A stretch of 64,000 nt of DNA. Source: Styela clava. Lineage: Eukaryota. The notes under the pieces were generated by a model that worked only from the letters and a program-made list of their open reading frames with translations, was not told the origin of the DNA and made no database searches. Made by a program: the position numbers and the translations under genes. Positions 40,401 through 53,219 of this stretch are shown here, one piece after another. The stretch lies in the NCBI RefSeq assembly GCF_964204865.1, contig NC_135259.1:3596001-3660000 (forward strand), read 5' to 3'. Numbering within the stretch: the stretch's first letter is position 1; the number at the start of each line of letters is the position of its first letter.

Positions 40401-43400
40401 GACAAACGAGAGAAGTTTGATACAAGTGAGACAAGATTAGGGCAAGTGGGGCAAATGTGGAACAATGATGAAAAGTGCGAGACAAGTGGAATAAGTGAGG
40501 AACCCAAGTGGGACAAAAAAGACACAATAATTTTGAAAAAATCAAAAAAAAAAAAAATTAATGATAACTTCATACATGTAAAGTAACATATCTTTTTACC
40601 ACTATTCAAGGATATACCAGAGGAAAACAGAGCTCAGTTGTTGGATGATGCCTTCAGTCTTGCAAGGTAAAAGTCTTTTCTGGTTATCTTCTTTATATTG
40701 TTTCACTCGTTAGTATAATATTTCGAATTATCTTATTTATGCGTAAAGCTTCCTTAAGATAGGTAGAATTGTATTCCTACTACATATCGTGCCTGTCCTG
40801 GTTTAGAAGTTTCGCTTTTCTTTAGTAAAACTCATTACCGGACTTAGGATAAGGAGTACATTTAGGGTAACTAAGTATCCAAAGTACAAAATTGCAAGAA
40901 AAAATATAGGTATATTGAATATGGGAAAATAAAATAATAATAGAATAATGAAACCGATGATTGAGCATACCTGGACAGTTTATTTATCACTGTATTTTGT
41001 TGAATATCAAGTGGGGAAAGACTTGGAATTACGGTTCCTCTTGAAATGTCAAGATATCTGTACAGAGACGATAGTTACATTGCATGGACTACATTTATGA
41101 GAAATATCAGATATTTTGAATATATGCTAGGAAGAACACCGGTGTTTGGAACATTCTGCGTGAGTCTAAATATCACAATCCATTCAAATTAGCTAAATAA
41201 TATTACATGGACAGATATATAATTCTAATATTAATGATATTATTATAATTCAATAATTATACATGTAACTATATTGAATTTCTAACTAATAAAATCCATC
41301 AATCAAAGGAAAACTTGTGTGTATGCAATGCAATAAACGTGTATTCAGTTTAGCTAATAACAAAACGGCTTTGACTAGAATAAAACTGGAACTGGACTAG
41401 AAAGTCACATATGATATTATATTACCGTGTATTTTATACTAAAATTACAATACAGAACTATATATTGGAGCTTGTGGTCCCTTCTTTATATGATAAATAT
41501 GGATGGGAAGAAACAGATGTGTCTGATGATGCTGTAATTGAAAGGTTTGTTTTATTACTGTTCAGTAATTGGTAATTGACTATAAATTTAAATTTTCTGA
41601 ACAAATTGGTTTAAACGGCGTCTCATATAGATAAAACTGTATCTTTCTTTCGATAGTACTGTAAAGGTTTACTTTACAGTACAATCGTTTACAATTTTTT
41701 ACTTTCTTTGTTCTCGTTCAAAGATTAACAAGGCAGGTTGGCATTGATGCTGCATGCTATTACGGTAATGATGAATGCATTGGGAATGCAACCGAAAAAT
41801 TTCAGTTGTGGATGAAGAATCCAGATAACTGGGGGTAACAAGAAATATTCTATTTTTAAATTTAAATCATCTTATTATAATAAATATGTATGCTTCACTG
41901 AATTTAAACGTATAAAACAAAAAGAAAACTATATTGAAAGCTTATTGTCAAGCAGTGATGAAAAAGCATTCCTAATTATTCGATAATTGCCAGAAATCTT
42001 TACAACAAATCTGTTATGCCATATATTTATGAAATTACAGTTCTTTGTCAATCCCAGGGTACTTAACTAGATTGTTTACCAATGGAATCGCACATTATGA
42101 GTGACTAGTAACTATGAATTCAATCTCATCTATTATTTTAAGATCAAGAACCACGTTATGTTATTTTAAAAGCAGTGGGAATGACGCGTTCTCATTTGAC
42201 ACTATATTATATCAGATGTATCTCATTCCACTTTTCTATGTTTCAGAATAATTGATTCCAGCTTCCGATCTGATATTCTCTGTGCAGCTATCCGTAACTC
42301 CGGCATAGAAGAATGGAATTTTGCCTGGGAAAGGCATGGCGCTGCTACTGATAATCCTACTTTTCAAACTAGTTTAAGGTTACTATATTTTTATCTATCA
42401 TGCGAAAAGTTCTCTTTCTTATTTAAAGTAAGCAGTTTCAAACGCAGAGAATATCTATCTAGTGTGATGCGTTTAATCTTATCCTATCACAGATACCATT
42501 CACTGTATTTATAAGCATCAGTATTTTTACAGACTTGTTTACTTTCTCTAACGATATATAGTTACAGCACAAATTTAAACCATTACACTTACTTACTTGA
42601 ACGATTTAGAAAATAAATATGTTCAAAATAAATTAGTGACTCCATTGGATAAAATATTACCATGTATCTATTCAAATATAGGTATGGACTCGCCTGCAGT
42701 AAAGATCCATGGATATTGACTCGGTACTTGGAATACACGTTGGACCCAAAAAAAGTTAGAAAGCAAGATGCAATCAGAACTATGCAGTACATCGGAGGAG
42801 AAGAATATGGTCGTGACATTGCTTGGGCTTTTATGGTTGATAATTGGGAGTTGTTGGTGAACTTGTAAGTTTAAAAAAAAACATTTGAAAAGTGTTTCAT
42901 ATATTCTTCAAGTCACGTAGTAGTTTCAGCAGGGCAATTTCCCTCTGTCTACCTCTTTTTATCTCTATTTATCGAGCCTTCTATTTTAGATTTGGTTCAG
43001 GATGGTCATTCGACGGTTTAATAGCCACCATAACAAAAAGATTCTCTACGGAATATGACTTGGAAAAGGTGAGAAAATACACTCAATTTTTCGATTAAAA
43101 TTTATATCACGAGTTATTTTAGATCTTAGAATATATGGGAAGTTAATAATTTACGCTATTTTAGATTCTCCAAAATACCTAAAAAAACAACCGACATTGC
43201 TCCGCAACCGAATTCAGTATAGTACCTTAAATACTTTTAATAGCGGACGCAGGATCAAATTTCTTTGTGTTGTATTATTAAAATACATTTTATTGCTTCA
43301 AATTTATTTATTTTTTCGTGCTCGTTTAATTCGTAGTTAATCCATTCAAATAATTTGCTAGATTTGTTAGATAAATAGGCAAAATCTGGCCCTGCGGCCC

Positions 43401-43726
43401 TGAGGCGAAATCACGAGGGTGACTTTTCTCATTTGTCGTCTTCGCCTAAATACGTGCAAATTATTTTAAATGCAAATAAAGTTGACGCTTCGTTCCTCAA
43501 ATGACGTACCAACACCAAAACACCATGCATAATTAATAATTTTCTCTAAAACCTTGATTTTACTTCAAAGCTGGAGGATTTCAAAAGTAATACACCGGAT
43601 CTAGGAACAGCAGTAAGAGCAGTTGATCAAGCAATCGAAAAGACAAAAATAAATATTAAATGGAGAAGTGATAACGAAGCAACGTTAACAGCTTGGTTTT
43701 ATGACAATGTTGGCACTGTACTGTAA
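31408..43726 (+). CDS. ANPEP: Aminopeptidase N-like (M1 family), type II membrane-anchored, about 23 exons, complete
   Basis: [40 protein letters not shown]|LLIGLVG..., then Ser/Thr stalk (32895-33025), [44 protein letters not shown]|[21 protein letters not shown]|[28 protein letters not shown], and ...[39 protein letters not shown] resembles the vertebrate APN start KGFYISK. The symbol denotes family likeness, not proven orthology. Confidence 0.95.
32296..32748. mobile_element. hAT-type MITE in APN intron 1
   Basis: Perfect 15-bp TIR CAGGGGTCGGCAACC / GGTTGCCGACCCCTG with CGCGGGCC subterminal repeats. No clean TSD (TGCTAGCGCC versus TGATAGGCC). Confidence 0.82.
40194..40525. repeat. Decayed foldback/MITE-like element with inverted arrays of about 10-bp (GGGACAAGTG-like) units
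   Basis: CCCACTTGTCCC-type units at 40228-40262 face GAGACAAGTG/GGGCAAGTGG/GTGGGACAAA units at about 40400-40520. Confidence 0.5.
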
Positions 43727-45810
43727 CTTTTGAAGGACTAAAGATAAAATAAACTATACGTTATTTGCCACCATTTAATTTTCAAAGTGATTTATAGTCA
43801 TGAACGCACTTCAAGATAATAGTAAATAAATTACATATAAATACGGAAAAACTAGTTAAACTAACTAAAATGGCTAAAGTTTGTTTCAGTAAACGTAGTA
43901 CGACAATTTAATTCTCAGTATATGATTTACAAATTTAACTATTGTAATTTAATTTTTTGTAGTCAATGATTACTGCAACAATGCGCCTGAGTTAATCATT
44001 GAGATCTAACACGTCAGAAGTTTATCAAATTTTCATACCTGAATTTACTTTTCTTTGCTTCAATATTCACGAAAATGACGCAGTTGTTAAAGCGCAAATG
44101 TCGTTTAGATTTGTCACGAATCAGTTCTTAAAGCACTACGCCACATTGAGCAAATTTTTGTGATGCTTTACCATTTTCAAAATGGATCTTAGAAGTTTTA
44201 TAATTATCCACTGTTTCAATAAACTGATAATTTTTCATTGTGACACGCGGACTTCTATAATAAGAATTCAGTAGAGGAAGATTGAATTTACTAACAATAT
44301 GAAACAACAAGGACAATAGAATAGAGTATATTGATATTCATTCGCAATTATCCTGCGAGTTGTTCTCCACTAGTTGCCATTGGTACGATGAAGAAACGAC
44401 ACCAGTAACCACCATAGTACACAAAGAAAAAACTTAGTCGGGAAAAAACTAAATAGTGATAAAAAAAATCTTAAAATTCTGCCAGCAAAAGGAATTGAGT
44501 TGACAACGTTAATCGCAATGTGAATGAACTTTCGCAGGTGAGAAGTTAGTTTTTTTTTTCACTTCACAAATTTCAGCATAATTGATAGGCGGAACGTAGG
44601 CCGATCGATTGACAGTGTACTGAGGCTAACATTGTAATATTAAACAAGGAGTAATATAGTTTAAAAAAAATTAGAATTCTTAAAACAGCGATTTGGAAAG
44701 ACTATTGAACAAACAGTTTTATATATAACCGTATTGATATTATAACAGATCAGCAATGGTGAATTTTAGAATGTCTTTGAGCGATAGAAGCAAAATATAA
44801 ACAGTCACAAAAGTGAAATAAATTCTGCTTGATAACAAGACGGTTTCTGTGTACAACAATTATTCAGTTATTAATAATTATGGACGAGGTCAATATTTTT
44901 TTACATTTGCTAAAACATTCAAGCATTTACTATAATTTACTTTGCACAAAAGTCCTGTAATATTCCATATGTGTAAGCCAAATTACTAAAGATGTAAACT
45001 GATGGGCACAAAATAGCAATAACGTTGCATGGTAAATAATATTTCAAAGTTAATTTTGCTGTTTTAAACTTACACAGTTAATTTACAAGCAGGTTCAGTA
45101 AAATGTTTGTTCGTAACAGTCGTATGAATATTTCAAATCGCCCAGCTCTTCTTACTCCTTACGTTGTGGAATGCGGTAGCAAGACTTCATTTTAAGTGCT
45201 ACGGTGATAACAGTGATATCTGATGGATTAGACAGAGAGCAAGCATGGGCCGTTTTTAATTCATGATAAGTAGACACAGCTAAAATGTACCAAGTTATGG
45301 ATTTTCAGCTACGAGGTGGTCGCTTATCAAGTATCACTAGTTTTGTTGCACTGAAGAAACACTCGTATGAATGATAAACATCTTAATCCAACTTAGTTTA
45401 ACCACAAATGCATATAGTTTATGAATATGATGCACTGGATTAAAGCGTGTACGATTTTTAGCAAAATATTGTGTGGTATTTGTTCAATAATTTAACAACA
45501 GCTAGAAGAGCAGCATAGCCGGTGATAGCCAAATACATACGAAAAAAATCTATATCCATGGCATCAGATTTCGGATCATGGTATGGCCGTCTGTCAAATT
45601 ACCTGAAACAAAACCTTTGGCATCTATATGGTCTTTTATGTTTGGTTTTCTAATTTGTTATTCTCTGCTACCAATCCGCTCATGTTAAGTCAGCTATGTG
45701 ATTTCGATGTCATCATTGAGTAACAGAAGCATGGGAAAACGAATAATACACGATTCTACTGTCCGCTGCCCTGAGGGTAGAAGTAAAACTATATCATATG
45801 AAACCTTCCA

Positions 45811-45875
45811 TATAAATACCCAGAGGGCTATATAGATATAATCATCCAGAAATCGAATTTACAGATACGGTAATT
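45811..45875 (+). promoter_or_regulatory. Putative TATA box and short non-coding first exon of sulfotransferase 1
   Basis: TATAAATA at 45811, donor-like ACG|GTAATT at about 45870, and a polypyrimidine acceptor TTTTTGTAG immediately before the ATG at 46204. Confidence 0.4.
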
Positions 45876-46203
45876 CAACATTTGTGTTTAGAAATTTCTT
45901 ATCACGAGTATACGGTTTTGAGATTTTTATTAGGCAGAACAGCAGTTTATCCTAGTTATATACATATATATATTTTATCCTCAGCATGACAGGATAAGAT
46001 ATGTTTTGACTGTTTATCACATAGGCCATTTTTATATTATGAATAAATGAAGAATTTCACTTGGTTTTCAGTAATATGTGAAATATATGCTGAGTAATAT
46101 GTGAGTTTATACTGTGTAAATTTATTTTTATTCGGATAGTGGACTATTTAAAATCAGGTTTGTAAATCAGAGACAAGACAAAATACTTTTTGTTTTTGTA
46201 GAT

Positions 46204-48766
46204 ATGCTCGGAAAGGCTAAAACTACGAAGCTAGTAGTGCTCTTTTGCTTTACGTCCGTAACTATATTATATGGTTGGGTGAAAAAACTGACAGACCATT
46301 CACAAATATCTTATAAAAACGACGTTGAAAATGAAAAGATGTACATAAGAAAAGGCAAAGTTGTAATTTTGCTAAGCAACCAAAGGTCTGGTTCCAGTTT
46401 CGTTGGAGAATTCTTTGCTCGATTCAATCGAGGGTTTTACTTGTACGAACCTCTGTTGCCATATGGTACAGATTGCGACCAACTGAACAGCGAGCGACTG
46501 GAATATCTCCAGAAAATCTCACAATGTGATTTCAGTACTTTGAAATCAAGCTACAGATATGCTTATGCTACAAATCACATTCAGTCACATCATGAATGTT
46601 TGTCAGCACAAGTATGTTCACCCCCGAGGCACAAAACTATACTCCAACGTTATTCCAAGCTTTGTCAGAATTTTTCGAATCATTCTATTAGCCAAGCGAA
46701 ACCGCCAATTGTTGAAACAATTAAACGTGGTCCATGTGGCTTACCATTGAATCTGACAATATGGTCTTCATTATGCCATTCCGCAGATATTGTAGCACTC
46801 AAAGTTTTGCGCATTTGTACCGTGCCGTCATTAGAGGGCATTGTAGAAACACTCACCAATTATGGCAATGAGGTTTACGTGATAGAGCTCGTAAGAGATC
46901 CAAGAGGAATTATTAACTCAGCACTTAATCTTGAGCTGAGAAAGCCGGGAGTGGATAAACGTCTCAACAGAATATGTGGAAGGTTCAGGAATAATTTTGA
47001 ATTTGTGGAACGAGAACGAGGAGGTAATACAATATAAACTTTGTTGCTTCTATTTTGATATCGCGATAATTTGTCTTGCCCATATATAGATGATTTCAAA
47101 ACTGCCGAAGTAAAATGCAAATTCTTATATTCCAAAGGCGCATTTTTGCTATATATACAATAGAAAACAGTATGTTCACACAATAATTTTCTAAAAATTA
47201 TATCATATAGCCTATTGTATGCGATCTCATGAGGAGGAGGAAGAGTGTCAAAATGGTCGTGGTAATCTTTGCCGCATGTTTTTCACATATAAAATATGTG
47301 AACAATAATTAATATATCGATTTTCCTATTAAGAAGTCTAACCGATTCATGTGGTATGACGATGAGTTTAGCTGATCAGTTCCGAGGTACTGACTTACAA
47401 GATTAACAAATATTGCAGATAAATTTTCAACCAGCTTGATATCTGAAGGAAGATATTTGCGGATACGATATGAAGACATCGCAACTGATCCCGTTAAAGG
47501 AGCAGAGAAAATGTACAAGTAAGCCCATTGCTCACTGAATATATCCGTAAAGTCGTCTCACTAAATACGGTTGTCTTACAAATGTCCTGTCGCGCACTTG
47601 TCCCACTTCTCCAATTGTATGTAACTCACTTCAAAAATAAATACTTCAGTATTCTGCCTAAGTTAGCCCAAAACATAACATGATATTCCTATTTAACATT
47701 CGTTCCACAAATTAGATCTACCCTAACTCCTAATAATTGGAGCAGTAGAGCAAGCGGTTGCTGAATTTTCTTCTCAATATGATTCACAGCAAAGTAATCC
47801 TGTTATTTCCTATGTAATGTAAACGTTTATTACGTGTAAATGAAATGGGAACTCGTTGATCAAAAATATAACAGTATCAAATCTTATAAAGGTAGAAAGT
47901 GGTAGCCGCATCGCATATATGTTAAGTTGTATATATATTCTTCTGGTCATGTTTCAGTAACTGACGGAACCTTTCGTAAACGTCCCTAACTGTGAATTTG
48001 AGTATGTTTCTGACATTACTTTAAATAAATTTGCAAATGAAATAACAAACTTATATCCAGATTCCTTAACATGGATTTACCATCAGAAGTAAGAGAATGG
48101 ATACAAATGTCAACAGCAAGTCCGTCCGAAAAAATTGAAGAGTTACAAGCTGAACTAGATAATAAAGAACTAACTCTTGAGGTTTGTGCAGCTATTTGTT
48201 TAGAAGGACAGTATAACAAATTATCCGCTAGGCCGTCGCGTTACCATCTAACCTCCTAGATAACCATCCTTATCACTCATATTAACTTGATTATTGGGTT
48301 AAATTAGTAAATGATACCTTTTCCTAATTGGATGATACGTATTTGAAACTTTCCGCACAACAACGTTAGCTAGTTTAAATTAAGTCTGAACTCAAGTTTA
48401 AAATCTCGAAATTATTTTCGATTGTTCTGATGGCTTTATCAAATTGACATACGATTAACTATCCAAAGCACCAACATATCAGTAGATCGCTTTTTATTAT
48501 GCGAGAATTTAATAAAAGCCTAATAATTATTTCTACAGGAATTGATGAATTCGAAGAAAAAGCTATCACAAATGAAAAAAGAACAAAGAAATCCTTACGG
48601 CACGGTTAGAGACTCATCTCACGTTGTCGTCAAATGGAGGAAAATGCTCAACATGGACATAATTGCACAAATACAAAAGAAATGTGGCAGTATCATGACC
48701 AAATTGGGGTACAAGTTAATTAACAGCATAGAAGAGAGAAACGACTTGAGCAATCAACTCTATTGA
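46204..48766 (+). CDS. Golgi carbohydrate 6-O-sulfotransferase (CHST1/CHST3/GlcNAc6ST family), 4 coding exons, about 420 aa
   Basis: Exons 46204-47023, 47419-47518, 48061-48181 and 48539-48766. N-terminal TM helix; 5'-PSB NQRSGSSFVGE; YLYEPL; 3'-PB LVRDPRGIINS; RYED; KWR...IQKKC...LGY. Confidence 0.93.
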
Positions 48767-49298
48767 ACATAAGATCTGATCGGAGATGAGCGTTCTTCTT
48801 GAACATTTAAGTGGATGTTAAAGTTCTACCTCATTACAATGATAGGATTGAAGATGGCGCTGTCCTAGAACGAGTGGGATAGAATGTAGAGCTTTATTCC
48901 AATACAGTGATGGTTACACGAGAATGAACAATTATAGAAGGCTCCAGATGTTATACTTTGTGACGAAAAAAACGAGAAGATGAAGTAAATTTTATTGTTC
49001 AAAATATTTGAATTGATATTATTCTTTAAATGCGGCCTGTGGTACAAATATACGCCATGGACATTTCAACATTTCTCACGAATATACAAAAAAATAAAAC
49101 TCTAACGATCAAACTTATATTAAATCAAGAAGTTTTCAGCAAAAGTCTCGCATCGACTTCTATAAATATATAAATGTTGGTATATAAATCATAACGGTAT
49201 ATGTACCCTGTGATGTAATAATTTTAATGCATATGTTTTGAATTGCGTATTATATGACATTGTGGCTTTTGGTAAAGACCGAAGTGGTAACGATATGT

Positions 49299-49590
49299 CT
49301 TATCAATCTATCGCTATGTTTTAAAGCCGGGAGAAATCCTGACTCGATTTGATCTGGAATGAATATATAAAGTTAATATATATCGTTCGCCTTTGTGTGT
49401 GTACTTGTGTACATTTAGAAATTATTGATACGTCATTGCGTAGACTTATCAATCTATCGCTATGTTTTACAGCCGGGAGAAATCCTGACTCAATTTGATC
49501 TGGAATGAATATATAAAGTTAATATATATCGTTCGCCTTTGTGTGTGTACTTGTGTACATTTAGAAATTATTGATACGTCATTGCGTAGA
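49299..49590 (+). repeat. Recent tandem duplication, 146 bp x2
   Basis: 49299-49444 versus 49445-49590, only 2 mismatches seen. Confidence 0.95.
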
Positions 49591-51968
49591 GTATTGCTGT
49601 CACATTTAAACATGTACCCCGTGTTTGTTGTGGGGCTGCGTAAACAATTCAGGAAAATATTAAATATTGAAAAATTGAAATGTTGATGTGTTTATTATAC
49701 ATGCTGTTCACTACAACACATCACTACAAGCTGTTTTACTGAAAGATTGATCATCGGACATTAACAACGCACATTGCATCCCCTTATTAAATTCTGTTCT
49801 TTTTTTTGTATTTTTTGGCAGTTTTATGGTCACTGATAACTTTGTCAAGTGTCAATATCTTTACTTATTCTTATATCTTTACTTATAACTGTGCGTGAAT
49901 TTGATTTGAGCGGATCATAACTTAAAAGACTGATGTGCAGGCTTACTTCTGTACTGTTGTTACGCAACGTACATAAAGTACACAGCGCCATCGTCCGATT
50001 CCCTTCAAAGAGATCAATGTAGAATCATTTTAGCGATGTCACTCGATAGCACAAGGCATCATAGTTTGATAATATCCTAAAGTAATGTTTTTATTTATCC
50101 GAAAACAAAACACTTCAATGCAACTAAACAAATAAAAATCGAATAAATTCATTTTTGACGTTGAGTAAACAGACCAATGCGTTGATTCTTTTTCATATAT
50201 TAAAACGAAATGGCCCATAGCAACGCGTAATGCTAATTATATAATATAGACGGCTGAGTCCAATCACTGACCAGGAGACTATTTATGGGGTCATTTTATT
50301 TACTTATAAAATGATTATGTCATATGGAAATGATCAGATTGTTTGAGATTCTCGTTTCCCAAATCGGTGCTGTGCGTGGGAGGTACATTGCAAAGAATGT
50401 GACGGATGATAGGTCGTTATTGCAATTCAGATAGCTAAACAACGCTTCATTGCAGTCGCGAAAGCGTATAAAGAGCCTTTTCTAAATTGTAAATCACTAT
50501 AATTGAGGTTTCGTGTGGGTATAATGGTTTCTTTAGTATGATTCCGGTACCATCAATGCGACAACATTGCTCTCAATAAATTTATTTTGCTGTTTATGGT
50601 ACATATATACAGAAAGATAGTTAGTTTCGACGCGCCCTTGTCGCATTATATGCAAACAAACGCGATTAAATGGGAACAGAAAATTATAATACTCATGGAA
50701 GTATCAAGGAGAGATTAGTTTTTAAATAAAGAAAGAGTAAAAACAGTACGCAGCACTGACTACTTCTTGAACATTTTCAAACTTTAGCCAGGAGCTTCGA
50801 AGTATAGAACCATGAACGTCAAGTGTGCTCGTTCATTGAGAGCCCAAGTGAATGATTGCGTTGAGTCGCTAATTATCGTAACAATTCTAACCAACTAAGT
50901 CGAATACAGATATATATATATATATACTTTTAGGTCTGTTCACAGTGCGTCAAAATTAACATCGCATACTGGCTTGCAGTATAATAGCATGATGATTTTG
51001 GAGATTACGGGTTAAAATTCCAAAATACCCTTATTCCAGTGGTAATTAAATCAAGCGCGTCCGCGTATTGAAAATGGAAAACATGTTCAAAGCGTATAGA
51101 TGCCCACCTTCCTTACTCTACAGTCTGTATGCAGTGACTTGTTCCTAATATCACGGTTCATGTTTTTTATCCCTCATACATTGGTGTACAGATTTCAATT
51201 GTGTGACGGAACTTCATAACTAAGTCGAATAATATGTAGGTATATGAACTGTGGCACAAATCAAAAGTAAATAATTTCAAGTGTTAGCCTACGCGAGATA
51301 TTTAACCGAGTGCGATGACATCTGTGTTATTTATTCACGTTGTACTGTTAAAAATTCCGGCGGCGTCAATTTTTCTGTACTTAATTGATAAATACTACCA
51401 AAACTATATATATATAATTTATATATATACATATATTTCAGTAACCTCAGTTTTAAAATAAATATACATAAAAGTAGATAGCTGTATTCGACCATCCAAA
51501 TATAAATGAATCTAGAACAATTAACGAAAATGTGTGTTTTGCTTTAATCATTATGAGGTAGGCTAAACATACTAGGACTGGACGGGTATGTAAACGTTAG
51601 GTTTAACATTGGGCCTCACATATGAATTCAAAGACGGTAGACGCGAAACTGATATCAATGTCAAGTACGGGGGGGTTTACGAAACTTTTGTTTAACGGCC
51701 TTTTAACAGTACATTAGTTGAAACAATTGCCGAAGTTAACTCTATGTATAGTATAGCATTCCCTTCTTTGTCCCTTCTTTATCGCAACGATATGAACTGT
51801 TTGTCTGCTGCATCACAATATCTATATGCGTTTAGGATTTGAGTACGGCTTCTTCATTTGAAATTAGGTGGCGAAATGTATATATATATATATATAAGAA
51901 TTCTCAATATATTTTCAGGCAATATTCCAACATATTACGAAAATAATAGTTTATTGCGAAGCTTTAAT

Positions 51969-53219
51969 ATGAAGAAGCTGTATATACTGCATGTCCTTTT
52001 ACTTATATACACTGGATTTAGTCTCTCGACGACAATATATTCTATGGCATCTTCTAAGTGGCTAGTGGCAAAGAACAACGTTGCCCATCAGGGATTGTTT
52101 CATAAATGCGGAATTGGGAATGAGATCAACTGCACATTGAACAATGGAACGAATTGCGTGGCTTGCATTGACTCTCAAGATACAAACGTTACGTGTGTTA
52201 CTCATGGTAAGTTACAACTCAACATGTCAAACAAAACGATTAAATTAAATTATGTAATATTTCGTCCGAATATTGGTCATCCCTGATCTAGATGTACTTG
52301 AAGCAAAATCTCTGCACTGAACCAAACCAAACTGAAGACGTATTGGGACAACTGACACCGCAAAGGTGGTAAACAAAACAAGTTGGGTGATCAGTCCAAT
52401 GAGATTAAAAAGTTTAAACCAATGATTGAAATTGCTTCAATTGTTAATTGGTAATCAAGCTGTGCATTGATTTTCGAAGATCCACTCAATGGCTCCTGAA
52501 ATCGTTTTTGATATGCTAATATTCAATACTACCAATAATTATTGGAGTATCAGAAAGTTGTCTACATTATCAAAATACCCACGGTTTTCATTAAACATTT
52601 TGTGTTCATCTTCGGTAATTCCATGTTAATTTATTGTCACTTGTGTGTTTTAATTTTCATCAGAAACGCCACGTAACCTATATAAAATGGTGATATATTT
52701 TTTATCAGAAAAAGGAGTCGATGAAAAAGTTGCGATCGCATTTCTAACGCTGACAATGTTATTAAGATTTTGTTCGTTTACTGGACTTATTCTGGAAGTC
52801 TGCAAAATTTTTGAAAGAGGAATTTTCACTTTAGTAATACTCGAAACTGTTTGTGGTAAGTACACTAAATATGTTTTTATTTTTATATTATTGTCCAAAA
52901 TGATCTGGTACTTCACCGGAACAGTTAGTAAAAAATAACCTTGAAAATTTAATATATAATAAGTAGCTATAATAGTTATTCAATAATTAAATAACTGATA
53001 TCCTTTGTTGCAGTGGTATTTGATATTATCACAGCTGGTGTGTATTCTGGCTTCAACTCATCTCCTGGAATTGATTCAGAAGCAGACATTGGAAAATTAT
53101 GTGCTAACTTAGGAGCGCCAGTTTTTCTAAGTTGGGCCAGGCTTGTCGGACTATTAATACCTATCGCCAAGTTGATTCATGTAACTAATAAAAAAGCATT
53201 CGTAGTAAATGATTATTAA
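51969..53219 (+). CDS. PMP22/EMP/claudin-superfamily tetraspan membrane protein, 3 exons, 196 aa
   Basis: Exons 51969-52206, 52709-52855 and 53014-53219 join in frame (591 nt). Four hydrophobic segments. First loop W-x9-GLF-x2-C...C matches the W-GLW-C-C signature. Confidence 0.8.

Noticed and set aside
40325-40609. Repetitive ORFs (94, 67 and 66 aa) suggesting a repeat protein or a CRISPR-like array
   Set aside because: They arise from about 10-bp degenerate repeats of an intronic element. There is no constant repeat/unique spacer structure.
40600-43575. Four AAG splice acceptors in the 3' half of the plus-strand APN
   Set aside because: They are still canonical AG, AAG acceptors also occur in the SDR genes, and this is plausible in an AT-rich genome.
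46190-46204. Acceptors directly before several ATGs as evidence of SL trans-splicing or operons
   Set aside because: A cis 5'-UTR intron explains at least this case (TATA and donor upstream), intergenic distances are long, and it cannot be decided without 5' transcript data.
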